From NCBI GenBank assembly GCA_965261825.1, contig CBDHED010000002.1, positions 18,103-82,102 on the forward strand: 64,000 bases of DNA, given 5' to 3'. Shown piece after piece: positions 38,867 to 48,519 of the stretch. The notes below the pieces were generated by a model that did no database searches, was not told the DNA's origin, and saw nothing but the letters and a program-made list of their open reading frames with translations. The stretch is from Dehalococcoidia bacterium. Its GTDB lineage: Bacteria > Chloroflexota > Dehalococcoidia > Lucifugimonadales > QGNO01. The translations under genes and the position numbers were made by a program. Each line of letters opens with the position of its first letter. Position 1 is the stretch's first letter.

Positions 38867-40063
38867 ATGACGACGAGATCCAGACCGCGCCTCAAACAAG
38901 TGCTTATCCAGTGCGCCGATCCGAAGTGCGGCCTGCCCAAGATTGGCTACTACCCCAGTCGACAGAGCGTCGCCAATAAGCTCTCCCCTTATAGGTACTG
39001 CCAGCCGTCGCACCAGCAAAGGCACTGGCGCCAGCGCAACCGCGCGGTCCGCCTGGCCGCAAAGCCCATCATCCATTGCCATCATTGCGGGACTGCCATT
39101 AGGCCGACCCTCCGGCCAGGGCGTCCACGTCGCTACTGTTCTCCGGAGCATCAGCAGGCCGCAGCCAATAAGAGGCGGCCTCCCACCAGCCCGCAGATCG
39201 CTTTCCTCGAGGACCAGCGCTCCGCTCTAGAGGTTGAGTCTCAGGCGGCTTGGGCGGAGCTGGCCAAACACCCAGGGCCTGAGACGGCCGCCGAATACCA
39301 GGCGCGCGAGCAGCCACTCCAGACAGCACTTCACCAGGCCGAGGCCGCCCAACGGGAGCTTTACGCCTCTGACCCTACCCTCCCTCCGGCGCTGGAGGCG
39401 CTGAGGGAGGCTGAGGTCGAGCAACGGGCGGCCTGGGCGGAGTTCAATGCCATCAACGATGCCGTTGGGGAGTTCAAGACGAAGGCGGCTCAATTGGCTG
39501 CGCGCCCGAAGAACGGCGACAGGCGGCGATCGGCAGAACGCCGATTAGAAGCCCGCCGCACCATACTCCAGGCCGGCGAGCTGGTGGGCGTCCAGGAGGC
39601 CAGGGACGCCCTCAACTCCTTACAGCGCCGGTCCGTAGAGGCTGAGGAAAAGGCGTTGGTGTCCGCCAAGGCGTCCCTGGACAACATCCAGCGGGATGCG
39701 GAGCTGGCCAGGCCCCGGGCGGCGGTGGCGGCGGATGCTCGATACGCAGCCCAGCGCCGAGCTGATGAGCTGGCCGGCAGGGTTGAGGGGGTAACAGAGC
39801 TCATCAACCGCGCCAAGCGTCGGCTAGCACGACGTGCGAGGGATGCCCGCCGTCGCCGTGCGACCGCGCCCGCCGGGATCCGGAGTACGCCGCCTGGCTG
39901 CGCCGTCAAGGCCTGCTCTAAAGGTCAAGTGCTACCCAGCCATACACTTGTCCCTATGCAATGCTCAGCGCTGGACTGCAACGAGACTATCCACGAGAAA
40001 CGTCTGGAGGCTATCCCCCTGGGCCAGGACGTGCTCGCCGACTTGTTCCAGGACGCGCCATAA
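38867..40063 (+). CDS. Hypothetical protein: two N-terminal Cys/His ribbon-like motifs plus a long coiled coil
   Basis: CADPKCG...RYCQPSHQQRHWRQRN and CHHCG...RYCSPEHQQAAANKRR resemble degenerate YCS..C(R/Q)..A.R.R zinc-ribbon tails. The rest is Ala/Glu/Arg-rich helical sequence. Confidence 0.45.
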   Translation: MTTRSRPRLKQVLIQCADPKCGLPKIGYYPSRQSVANKLSPYRYCQPSHQQRHWRQRNRAVRLAAKPIIHCHHCGTAIRPTLRPGRPRRYCSPEHQQAAANKRRPPTSPQIAFLEDQRSALEVESQAAWAELAKHPGPETAAEYQAREQPLQTALHQAEAAQRELYASDPTLPPALEALREAEVEQRAAWAEFNAINDAVGEFKTKAAQLAARPKNGDRRRSAERRLEARRTILQAGELVGVQEARDALNSLQRRSVEAEEKALVSAKASLDNIQRDAELARPRAAVAADARYAAQRRADELAGRVEGVTELINRAKRRLARRARDARRRRATAPAGIRSTPPGCAVKACSKGQVLPSHTLVPMQCSALDCNETIHEKRLEAIPLGQDVLADLFQDAP

Positions 40064-40252
40064 GGAGCAGAACAGGCTTTCAGCAGCTCGGCATAGGGAA
40101 CGGGTCAAAGAGGCCACCGCTGGCCTCAAACCGCCAGTCGGCGCACAGACTACCCGGGGCCCTCTCGGCGGGGGTACTAAGCCACCAGTAAGCTGAAGGC
40201 CCCTCGGATCGGGTTAATAATCCAGCGGCCGCGGCGCAAGAGGAGTTGACTC

Positions 40253-40678
40253 TTGACGAACAGAAAGGTGTTTGTCTCATACGACCACGAAGGAGACATG
40301 CTTGAGGTTCTCTGGGCGTTCCGGGAAGGGTACTTCACTCCCACCAACGATGAGCGCATCCTCAAACGGCTGAACGACGACGGAGAGGTTATCGGGTTCC
40401 TGATCCACGAGATGAGCTCGCTCAAGCAGCCGAGCCCCGTCGAGTTCGAGCTGGCTTCCGAGGGCCCCGACGAAGATGTCTCCAACGTCACGGTGCGGGA
40501 GGCGGCTGTCAGGTTGGGCGTGTCAGAGCGCAGGGTGCGCAAGCTGGCACGGGACGGCCGGATGCGGGGAGCAGTGAAGGCCGGTGCCGAGTGGCTGATT
40601 CTAACGCCGGTCGAGGTGATACCGGGCAGGCGCGGTCCAGTGGGTGTTGCCGGGCGCGTGAGCGCTACAGGAAACTAG
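40253..40678 (+). CDS. DUF2283-like N-terminus fused to an excisionase/MerR-type HTH
   Basis: VFVSYDHEGDMLEVLW is a DUF2283-like start. VTVREAAVRLGVSERRVRKLARDGRMRGAVKAGAEWLI is an HTH_17/excisionase-like segment. Confidence 0.5.
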   Translation: MTNRKVFVSYDHEGDMLEVLWAFREGYFTPTNDERILKRLNDDGEVIGFLIHEMSSLKQPSPVEFELASEGPDEDVSNVTVREAAVRLGVSERRVRKLARDGRMRGAVKAGAEWLILTPVEVIPGRRGPVGVAGRVSATGN

Positions 40679-41233
40679 AATGGTCGCCCAACGTCATACC
40701 CACGACATGCCTGAAGGGTCCTCGCGCGGCAGGAAGGGGTCTTGGCTATTTCGCCACAATGGCAGATAGGCAAGCGCGAACGCCAAAATCAGAGGAAAGA
40801 TAAAGCCCATGGCAAGACAAAATGATATTGATCTCTTTCTCAGTGGCGTCGATTCTTGGAACCGCGTCTTCGACCCATCCGACCAGAATAGAGCCGAAAA
40901 GTCTCGTTCGAGACCGAGCCTACGGTATAAGGCGGACTTGAGCGAGACGCACATACCCCGACGAAGAAGACTATGACTTGCGGTTTCCAGACGGCAGCAT
41001 ATTGACGGTACCTGAGATGTGGCCGGCGACCCTAAGTAGGCCCGAAGAATCGGTTCGATCCTTACCAAGTGGGCCTAAGTGGATGGTAGGTGGTACCGTC
41101 TTCGAGATGTGGCTGGGGGCTTTGTGAACCTCCTTTGGCTCAATTGCGCCCTCCTGCTCCTCCTGGATTGCACTTACGTGTCCCGACTGGCGTTTGGCTC
41201 TCCGAGTCTACGCAAGCCTCAAAGGTGTGCCTC

Positions 41234-42526
41234 CTACCCCGAGGCCGACTCATGGAGTGCGACTAGGGGTCCGAGTTCCCAGTCCCCCCGATCCGCCCCG
41301 TCGAGCACATCCGCCAGTTGATTAATATCCCTGGCATGCATTCCTAGGCGCCCGTGTCGCCACAAGCGACACCCAAGCCCATCGATTTCTATGTCTTCAT
41401 CACGCCATCTTCTTTGATCGTCACCATAGAAGAGGAGTCTACTTCCGCCATGCGACCAACTGATTTGGAGACCCGGAGGGTGACTGCCGGTGAAGTTAGA
41501 GAAGATTTCCGTCTCTTGCCCTGCGGAGTCCAGTGCCACACTTTGGGGAGTAGCGACAACAACCAGTCCCAAAGAAGTGGGGACTAAACCCCAGTCGCCG
41601 TGACTCCCCGTGCCTTCGTCCCGGATGTTGCCTTGGATGTCTGCCCCTCGTCGGCGTAAGCGCTCTACCCCAGAAGTAATCCTGTAGGCCTCCAGCAACG
41701 CCTCAACTATTGCAGGCAGGAATACCGGGTAGGGAGTTAATCCTTTCACCAGGTTGCTACCGTGAAGATTACTCGACTGCGGAAGCATGGTAGTGGGTTC
41801 TGCGAAATACCTGACGTCCACATACACTCCATCTCGTTGACCGTATGTATTGGAGTAGAGCGACAAGATTTGTTCGATTGTGGGTGCCTCGTGCCCATGT
41901 TCCAGAATTGCAGCGACTATTTCTGACTGGCGGAACAAACGCTCTGTTTCAATCTTGTACTCGTTGTTGAGATCGTCGTACAGGTCCTTGAGAGAGTGCA
42001 CATGAGCAGGATTCTCCGAGCGAATCCCAAAGGACTTCAACGCTTGCTCTGCCGACGTTACTAGCAATAGAATCGCCGGCATGGCCTCCTTGAGGCTGTT
42101 CGGAAACCGGCCCCTGGGCAAGAGAGTCCAGAACTGACGAAGGTACTCTCGTGCCATTTCTGCCATGAGGTCAGGATCACCGTACTGGTCAACAACGCTA
42201 CCGTCTTGGATACGGCCTTCTGAGGTCGGTATGAACACGCGATCTTGAAGCCGGGTCACGCCGTGCATACCTAGAAACGGTCTGCCGAACCAATTCAAAT
42301 ATGTAAGTTCTACTGTCTCGCTCTTGCCGCTACTCCGGAGCGAAGCCCTGGGCGAATAATTGTCAAAGTTCTGGATTTCGGTTTTTACCTCGCTACCGCA
42401 ATTTTGGCAAACGTACGGAGTCTCGGCTTGGACAAGGGAGTTAAGCCACGGCAGGCCGAGTCGAAAGACTCTTGTTGGCTGCGGCACCAGCTCCTGCTCA
42501 CGACATCTCGGACAATTTCCCTTCAT
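41234..42526 (-). CDS. Hypothetical protein with an N-terminal zinc ribbon and a HEPN-like helix motif
   Basis: 430 aa. CPRC...CQNC forms the zinc ribbon. TSAEQALKSFGIRSENPAHVHSLKDLYDDL (about residues 157-187) fits the classical HEPN helix pattern (a.e.aLKa....R.....H.L..L). It is the third gene of a tight - strand operon, with a 24-nt gap. Confidence 0.5.
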   Translation of the reverse strand: MKGNCPRCREQELVPQPTRVFRLGLPWLNSLVQAETPYVCQNCGSEVKTEIQNFDNYSPRASLRSSGKSETVELTYLNWFGRPFLGMHGVTRLQDRVFIPTSEGRIQDGSVVDQYGDPDLMAEMAREYLRQFWTLLPRGRFPNSLKEAMPAILLLVTSAEQALKSFGIRSENPAHVHSLKDLYDDLNNEYKIETERLFRQSEIVAAILEHGHEAPTIEQILSLYSNTYGQRDGVYVDVRYFAEPTTMLPQSSNLHGSNLVKGLTPYPVFLPAIVEALLEAYRITSGVERLRRRGADIQGNIRDEGTGSHGDWGLVPTSLGLVVVATPQSVALDSAGQETEIFSNFTGSHPPGLQISWSHGGSRLLFYGDDQRRWRDEDIEIDGLGCRLWRHGRLGMHARDINQLADVLDGADRGDWELGPLVALHESASG

Positions 42527-42550
42527 CTATACTCCCTACTAGTCAGACAA

Positions 42551-43657
42551 TCAGAAGTACTTACGGCTAACCAGTTCGTTTATTGTTCGCTGGAGGTCTG
42601 CCAAGAAGTTCTCATCAATGGTGTCCGTCCACCAATGAGCGATATCATCCCTGTAATCAGTTAGCTCCTGCAGAGTCTTCTTGCCTGCCACAACTACCTT
42701 GTCATGCTTGATACTCTTCCCCTGGTAGTTGAGGTATTTCCTTCCCGCGTCTTGCAACGATTGCCATAACTGCAAATACTGGAGGCGCTGGTAGGCATCG
42801 TCCTTATACTCATCTCTGTACATCGAGTTAACTAGCAGCGCCATGTGGGGGGCACCAATGTCCTGTTCCATAGCAGCAATGGCCCTACGTATATCAGATG
42901 CCCTGCCTCTGTACGCGGTGGTATCCATCGGCGTCACTTTGCTCAACCTCACCGACGCCGTAGGGCGCATCATCACTACGAACCGGCCGTCGTCTGTCAC
43001 CAGACAGTTCTGGTCTACGTATTTGCCTATCGGATCCGGAGTCTTCTGGCCGACACGGACGCCAGCTAGTATCATGTTTACCAACTGTTGGTTGTTGGGC
43101 AGTTCGGGCCACGCTCCGTCAATGGTAGGACTAGCGATTATGAACTCCTCTCCCTCCCTACCGCCGACCAACATGGGTACTTGTTCGCCATCTTCCACGA
43201 CTATCTCGTCCGACATACTGCATTCACCCTTGACCATCTCTACTGGCGTCAACTGGTTAGACTCCTCGATCACCAGGAACACTGGTACTCGACCCTTCTG
43301 TTGCAGTTTGGTCTTCTCATCGGTCTCACCGACCAAATGCCGCAAGCTAGGGCTGATGGCGTAATGCTTACTACACGTCGAGTTCACGAAGTAGTCCACT
43401 AGATTTGAAGCGACACACGCCTGAACCGAGGGAGACGCGTAAATCTCGTAGTGAGGTTCGTCGCCGTCCGCATGGAAAGCGATCCCCGGAAACTCGAAAA
43501 TCTGTGTGCGACAATACTCACTGATTGTGCAACAGAAGTCCTTACCCCCTAGGCCCGCGTGCATTCTCCGTGCTCCGGCTAACGTAAAGTGCGCTTCCGG
43601 AGGAGTCGGTTGCAGAGACTGTTGACGATCCGCTACTGTTCGATCCGTTCTGGTCAT
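42551..43657 (-). CDS. Hypothetical protein with a C-terminal Rx4H (HEPN-like) motif
   Basis: 368 aa. The C-terminal helical region is ...RLQYLQLWQSLQDAGRKYL...LQELTDYRDDIAHWWTDTIDENFLADLQRTINELV, with RDDIAH (Rx4H, acidic residue after R). It lies 78 nt downstream of the methyltransferase gene. Confidence 0.5.
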   Translation of the reverse strand: MTRTDRTVADRQQSLQPTPPEAHFTLAGARRMHAGLGGKDFCCTISEYCRTQIFEFPGIAFHADGDEPHYEIYASPSVQACVASNLVDYFVNSTCSKHYAISPSLRHLVGETDEKTKLQQKGRVPVFLVIEESNQLTPVEMVKGECSMSDEIVVEDGEQVPMLVGGREGEEFIIASPTIDGAWPELPNNQQLVNMILAGVRVGQKTPDPIGKYVDQNCLVTDDGRFVVMMRPTASVRLSKVTPMDTTAYRGRASDIRRAIAAMEQDIGAPHMALLVNSMYRDEYKDDAYQRLQYLQLWQSLQDAGRKYLNYQGKSIKHDKVVVAGKKTLQELTDYRDDIAHWWTDTIDENFLADLQRTINELVSRKYF

Positions 43658-43735
43658 TGTTCATATACTCCTCTTGAAGTTGGCACTCTGACTTCTGGCT
43701 TCTCCTACGGTGCAATGCAGACACTAGACGCCGTT

Positions 43736-46700
43736 TCAACCTGCCTTGTTTGCCAACAATGCCCCGACTGCCTCCTCCACGGCGTTGCCCTCCACCTTCT
43801 CTCGCAGCCATTTCCGGATCTCCCGCCGGGCGATAGTGACGGTCACCTCGCCCCGGTCCTCGCGCAGCCGGGCCAATCGCTCAGCCGCTCCCTCCGCCGC
43901 CACTCTGCCAGCCTCGGATACGACGGCGTGTAACGAATCCTCGGGGTCGAACTCCGGGATGGGCAGCTTCCACAACTGCTTTTGCAAATCACGAGCACCG
44001 AATTGGCCTTTTGACATCAATGGTGTCACCATCTCATACAAGGCATCACTATTGATGATAGCCAGCAGGTAATAGGCTTCCTGTGCATCCCTACAGGTAA
44101 CCCAAAACAGCTTATAGTCAACGATAGCGTCGTCTTCGTGAAGCAGTGCGGCCGTTGGTGCTCCCCATCCACCGTACACTATCCGGATTTGCCTATCACC
44201 GGGTTCATGCCTCCATTCCAACTGCGACGAGAGCTTGCCGTAATAGTCCAACTGCCCCAACAGGTTCATTTTGGTAGCTGCCGCCCTGTTTGCCTCCCAC
44301 AGGTTGCTGACGACCCGCCAGCGGTCGCGCATCCTCTGGCTCAATCCGCCCAAGCGAATGCCGCCCACACCGTTCTTGCCGGTCGGTACTTCGTGTTCAC
44401 CACGTTTTAGAGGCAAGACCGCCCGTAATGGGTCGAGCGTCGCGTAAGGAACAATCGTCTCGCCCAGGTGAACGTCGAACACATGGGCAACTTCAACCGT
44501 CTGCTCGGATACAGTGGCCAAGTCGAGGCTCTTCCAAGGCTCTTTGTCCTGAGAGCCCCGTCGTGGGTTTACGGTGATGGTCTGACCAGCCTGAACGATT
44601 GCCGGATTCCTGGTCTCCTCCACGAAGAATAGAGGACGGGGATAGATGGTCGCACCATTTCTTGAGAAATGACCATAGGGAGAGATGCTAGCTGTTGATG
44701 TGTCAACTATGGCTACGCGTTTACGCCTATCAGAGTCCTCTCCTGGCTCACCCAACCAACGCTCTACCTGACCTGCCAGAGGCGTCGCCTTGCCGTCTTC
44801 ACCGCTGCGTCTGGCGAACACAACCGACGCCGGGACGGGAAAGAAGGTGTTGGGTTCCAGCCCCTCAAGGTCCCAAGCCATCTTGTGATCAAAGTCGACC
44901 GACAGTACACGATCCGCAGTGCGGTTCCTTCCTCTACCAACCGACTTCGTCTGCCATGCGCCCGTGCGCCATTTGGAATGTTGGCCCGTCTGAAGGGCGC
45001 TGTGGGGCATCACCATACCAATAACACCACTGTCTTTCAGGTATAGGTCGACGCACCGGGCAAAGAATAGGCTAGATATGTCTTGGTGGTTGGCGTGTCT
45101 GCCACCGACCCAAATGCCGTACAAATCCTTGCTCTGTCGTTCCAGCTCAGTCCGCAGCGTGCTGGCGGTGTTCCGATAGATCAGCCACGGCGGGTTGCCG
45201 ACGACCACGTCCACCTTGCTGCGGGATAGGGCCACGGGGCGCACCAGATTACGAGTGTAGTAGGCCCAGATGTGGTTGCGCCCCTCTGTGTGCAGCCGCT
45301 GCATGGCGGAGATGGTCTCCTGCAAGGTCTGCCGCTCCCCAGGTTCCGTGATCTGGTGGTCGTCGAGTGCGAGGTTGGGGTCGTCGCCCCTCTCAATGGC
45401 CTCTGCAATGTCGCTCATCAGCGCGTCGAAGGTCTCGGCCCGCTCCACCAGACTCACGGGAAAGACCAACTCCGTGTTCTCCTCATCCTCCACCTGAACG
45501 GTTACGTTGTGCTCGGCGAACATGTCACCGGTGCGAAACCGGAGTTTGAGGGCGTCTCCTAGGTAGACGGGAACGGTGACATTGGCTGCGAAGCCGTCCT
45601 CGACCGCCGCCTGTATCGCAGGCTGCGCCGCCAGCACCCATGCGGCCCTGGCCAAGTGCACGGCAACCGGGTGAACGTCGATGCCGGCGACGGAAAAGCG
45701 CAGCCACTCCAACACCTCTTTCGGGTCTAGGGAGGTCTCGTTGGCGGCCTCGATGAAGTGGTTGACCGCCTCGGCGACGAAGGTTCCAGACCCGCAGGCC
45801 GGATCGAGGACGTACTGGTCGAGGGGATCGGTCACCACTTCCCGCACGATGGCGCGCGCCAGCCAGTCCGGGGTGTAGTACTCTCCCAACTGGCGCCGCT
45901 CGTGGGGCGGTATGACGGTCTCGTAGAGGATGGCGGCAACATCGTTGGGAGCCTTCTGCCAGTCGAACCTAGCTATACGACGAGCCAGAGGTCTCAACAG
46001 GGGCAGCCCGCCTACCTCGGTGGGCCACGCAAAGAAGTCCGACTCCACGACTCCCTGAAGACCGGTCTTGCTTCGGAAGTCGCGGCCAAGCAGCAGGTCC
46101 GCCGGGTCGTTCTCCCCCAGTCGCTTGATGTCGCCGCCGAAGGAGGCTTGGACCACCATGCCGATGACGGCGCTCAGGTAGGTGTGTCGGACGAATAGGT
46201 CGTCCAGTTGAGCGCTTGACCTAGCGATCTCACCCAGGGCCGCCGTGAGCAGGTTCTCCCATAGCTGTCTCTTGACTCTGATGGTGCTGGAGTCGGTATG
46301 CTGGTCGTAGAGGACTTTGAGGGCTGCTATGTCCCGCTCATAGGATGGTGCCGTTGGGCCGAAGTGCTGTGCGATGGTAGAGCGGGACGGCTGCTTGTCT
46401 ACCTCTGCGGAGAGAGCATGGTCACGGAGCCATTCGAAGAGAGTAATCCAGCGGTCTGCGTCCTCCAACGTGAAGGCGTAGGGCATGGCCGTCCTGACCG
46501 GACCCGCGTTGGGCCAGCGCAGCAGCCATCGCTTGCCGTCCGTGAGGATACCCATGCGCATCCGGCCCTGCTCCCCTGACTGCTCCAGGTAGTCGTCGAG
46601 TTGCTGGACATACTCGGGATTGGGGTTGAAGCCTCCGGCGGTCCCGATCCGGCGCTTGAACTCTATGAATGTATCGAGAGCAGCGAGGTCCACGGCGCGG

Positions 46701-46885
46701 CGCGAGCCCTGTGCAGGCGGGTTCTCCTCAACGATGTCATCGGCCTTTACCAGTCCCGTGAGGATGAGGAAATCGCGCACAGCGCTGGTGATGTTCGCCT
46801 CGGGCTCGCCATTTTCATGCCGCCGCAGAATCTCAGCGGCAGCCTGGGCGTACCGGGCATCGTTGTAGTCAATCTGAATGGACAC
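43736..46885 (-). CDS. Type IIG/IIL-like restriction-modification enzyme (N-terminal PD-ExK nuclease-like domain + gamma-class N6-adenine methyltransferase + TRD)
   Basis: 1049 aa. AVDLAALDTFIEFKRR is a D-x8-E-x-K nuclease-like core. GEYYTPDWLA is present, motif I is VLDPACGSGTF, and motif IV is VVGNPPWLIYRN. The long C-terminal part ends in the ...LLAIINSDAL...LWKLPIPEFD pattern common in this enzyme class. Confidence 0.75.
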   Translation of the reverse strand: MSIQIDYNDARYAQAAAEILRRHENGEPEANITSAVRDFLILTGLVKADDIVEENPPAQGSRRAVDLAALDTFIEFKRRIGTAGGFNPNPEYVQQLDDYLEQSGEQGRMRMGILTDGKRWLLRWPNAGPVRTAMPYAFTLEDADRWITLFEWLRDHALSAEVDKQPSRSTIAQHFGPTAPSYERDIAALKVLYDQHTDSSTIRVKRQLWENLLTAALGEIARSSAQLDDLFVRHTYLSAVIGMVVQASFGGDIKRLGENDPADLLLGRDFRSKTGLQGVVESDFFAWPTEVGGLPLLRPLARRIARFDWQKAPNDVAAILYETVIPPHERRQLGEYYTPDWLARAIVREVVTDPLDQYVLDPACGSGTFVAEAVNHFIEAANETSLDPKEVLEWLRFSVAGIDVHPVAVHLARAAWVLAAQPAIQAAVEDGFAANVTVPVYLGDALKLRFRTGDMFAEHNVTVQVEDEENTELVFPVSLVERAETFDALMSDIAEAIERGDDPNLALDDHQITEPGERQTLQETISAMQRLHTEGRNHIWAYYTRNLVRPVALSRSKVDVVVGNPPWLIYRNTASTLRTELERQSKDLYGIWVGGRHANHQDISSLFFARCVDLYLKDSGVIGMVMPHSALQTGQHSKWRTGAWQTKSVGRGRNRTADRVLSVDFDHKMAWDLEGLEPNTFFPVPASVVFARRSGEDGKATPLAGQVERWLGEPGEDSDRRKRVAIVDTSTASISPYGHFSRNGATIYPRPLFFVEETRNPAIVQAGQTITVNPRRGSQDKEPWKSLDLATVSEQTVEVAHVFDVHLGETIVPYATLDPLRAVLPLKRGEHEVPTGKNGVGGIRLGGLSQRMRDRWRVVSNLWEANRAAATKMNLLGQLDYYGKLSSQLEWRHEPGDRQIRIVYGGWGAPTAALLHEDDAIVDYKLFWVTCRDAQEAYYLLAIINSDALYEMVTPLMSKGQFGARDLQKQLWKLPIPEFDPEDSLHAVVSEAGRVAAEGAAERLARLREDRGEVTVTIARREIRKWLREKVEGNAVEEAVGALLANKAG

Positions 46886-46981
46886 TTACGCCCTCGGTTT
46901 AGTTGGGTCTCCCCAGAATAGGGCAGTCCAGAGGACCAGAGAGCATTTCAGCGCGTCAACCATACGGAATCGCCCCTACCG

Positions 46982-47431
46982 CTACTCCGGCGCAACGAAC
47001 TCTCCTATCCAGTGTACGTTGTCAATGCTTGGGCTTGCGGCCCGGTAGAACCTCTCATCGGCAGTCCACAGCTCGCAACCGAAACTCTCCGCCAGCGCCA
47101 GGTAGTGGGCGTCGTAGGCGGCACCCTGCTTGAGTTGACTTGCGAGTTGCAGCGCTCTGACGTGGAGGCCCGGCGGCTGGTGTAGTTCGAGCCGGGACTC
47201 AAGCAGCCGTGAAATCATGCGGGTACTGTCGCCGACGTTCAGTTCCCCGCGCAACACCCGCCGGTGGAGAGCGTTGGCGACCTCAAAGGGCATGAGGTGC
47301 GGGGCGATGCGGGCTATGTCCTGGGCAACCCAGGATTGGAGGACTGCGTGGGCTTTGTCAGAGTCATCCTCTTCAACCAACCACTTGACCGCCAGGCTCG
47401 CATCGACGACGACGGACCCGCTCACGCCCAC
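46982..47431 (-). CDS. vapC: VapC-family PIN toxin
   Basis: VVVDASLAVKWLVEE...YDAHYLALAE...LWTADERF shows the typical PIN acidic residues. Confidence 0.8.
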   Translation of the reverse strand: MGVSGSVVVDASLAVKWLVEEDDSDKAHAVLQSWVAQDIARIAPHLMPFEVANALHRRVLRGELNVGDSTRMISRLLESRLELHQPPGLHVRALQLASQLKQGAAYDAHYLALAESFGCELWTADERFYRAASPSIDNVHWIGEFVAPE

Positions 47432-47724
47432 CCCACGGTTTCGGCATCCCTGATCTCACGGGCCTCCCGGATCAAGTCGGCGGAACTCCCAGGCAGAGGC
47501 TTGCCCCCGAATATCTCCTGCCGGAGCTCTGCAAACAGCTCATGGTCTGGCTTGTCGGACAACAGTCCGGCCATCCCGTTGGCTTCGTCCCTTGTCAACT
47601 CCCGGTCAATTGCAGCTTGGCAGTACCCACGCATGCTCACTCCTTTGAGTGCGGCGATGGCTTTGAGCCGTCGCTGAAAGGTGGGGTCCAAGTCCAGAGT
47701 GAGTCTCTTCTTCTTGGTTTCCAT
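47422..47724 (-). CDS. RHH-type antitoxin (VapB-like)
   Basis: KKRLTLDLDPTFQRRLKAIAALKGVSMRGYCQAAIDREL is an RHH motif. It overlaps vapC by 10 nt. Confidence 0.6.
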   Translation of the reverse strand: METKKKRLTLDLDPTFQRRLKAIAALKGVSMRGYCQAAIDRELTRDEANGMAGLLSDKPDHELFAELRQEIFGGKPLPGSSADLIREAREIRDAETVGWA

Positions 47725-47899
47725 CGCCTACGCCTCGCTAAGTTGATACTCTAGGGTAAGGATATGACAAATACGGAAAGATAATCAATACACTGGGAAA
47801 AGCTGAGCAACAAGAGAGCGCCCGCATACACGGTATTGGCACGATTGGCCGTGACTGCAATGCGTCGGCCTCTCCTGTATCTTGCGCATACTGCCCCGC

Positions 47900-48514
47900 T
47901 CACGCCTCCCCTTGTCCCGGCTCCTCAGCCTTTGGCATCCGGTAGCCGACGCGCGGCTCGGTGAAGATGTAGATGGGGTTGTCCGCGTCATCGCCCAGCT
48001 TGCGGCGGAGCTTGCTTACGATGGTGCGGATGGGCCGCACGTCGCCGCTGCTCTTCTCGCCCCAGACCCGTTCCAGCAGATGCTCGTAGGTCAACAGCCG
48101 CCCGGCATTGGCCGATAGCTCGGCGAGCAGCCGGTACTCCATCGCTATCAACGGGAGCGGACGACCGGCAAGGGTCACCCGGCGTTCGGCATAGTCGATT
48201 GTCAGGTCTCCCAGCACGTAGGGTTCTGACGGCTCGGACGCCGCCCGCTTGCGCAGGGCCGCCCTGATCCTCGCCGCCAGCTCCGTCGGCGAGAAGGGCT
48301 TGACGACGTAATCGACGGCTCCCATGTCAAAGGCCCTGGCGATGAGCTCGTCCCGGCCGTAGGCCGACAGGAAGATGACCGGCACGTCGCCCGCCCCCAG
48401 GATGTCCTTCATCAGCTCGATCCCGTCGGTCCCCGGCAGCATGAGGTCGAGCAGGACCAGATCGGGCTTCTCCTCCTCCACGAGTCGGAGCGCCTCCTCC
48501 GGGTCCCCGGTCAC
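47900..48514 (-). pseudogene. OmpR-family response regulator lacking the first ~30 codons
   Basis: The receiver domain starts mid-way (..GDPEEALRLVEEEKPDLVLLDLMLPGTDG..). The N-terminal acidic pocket (DD) is absent. The winged-helix output domain (..RVGYRM) is intact. There is no plausible ATG and no sensor kinase partner. Confidence 0.7.
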
Positions 48515-48519
48515 AACTG

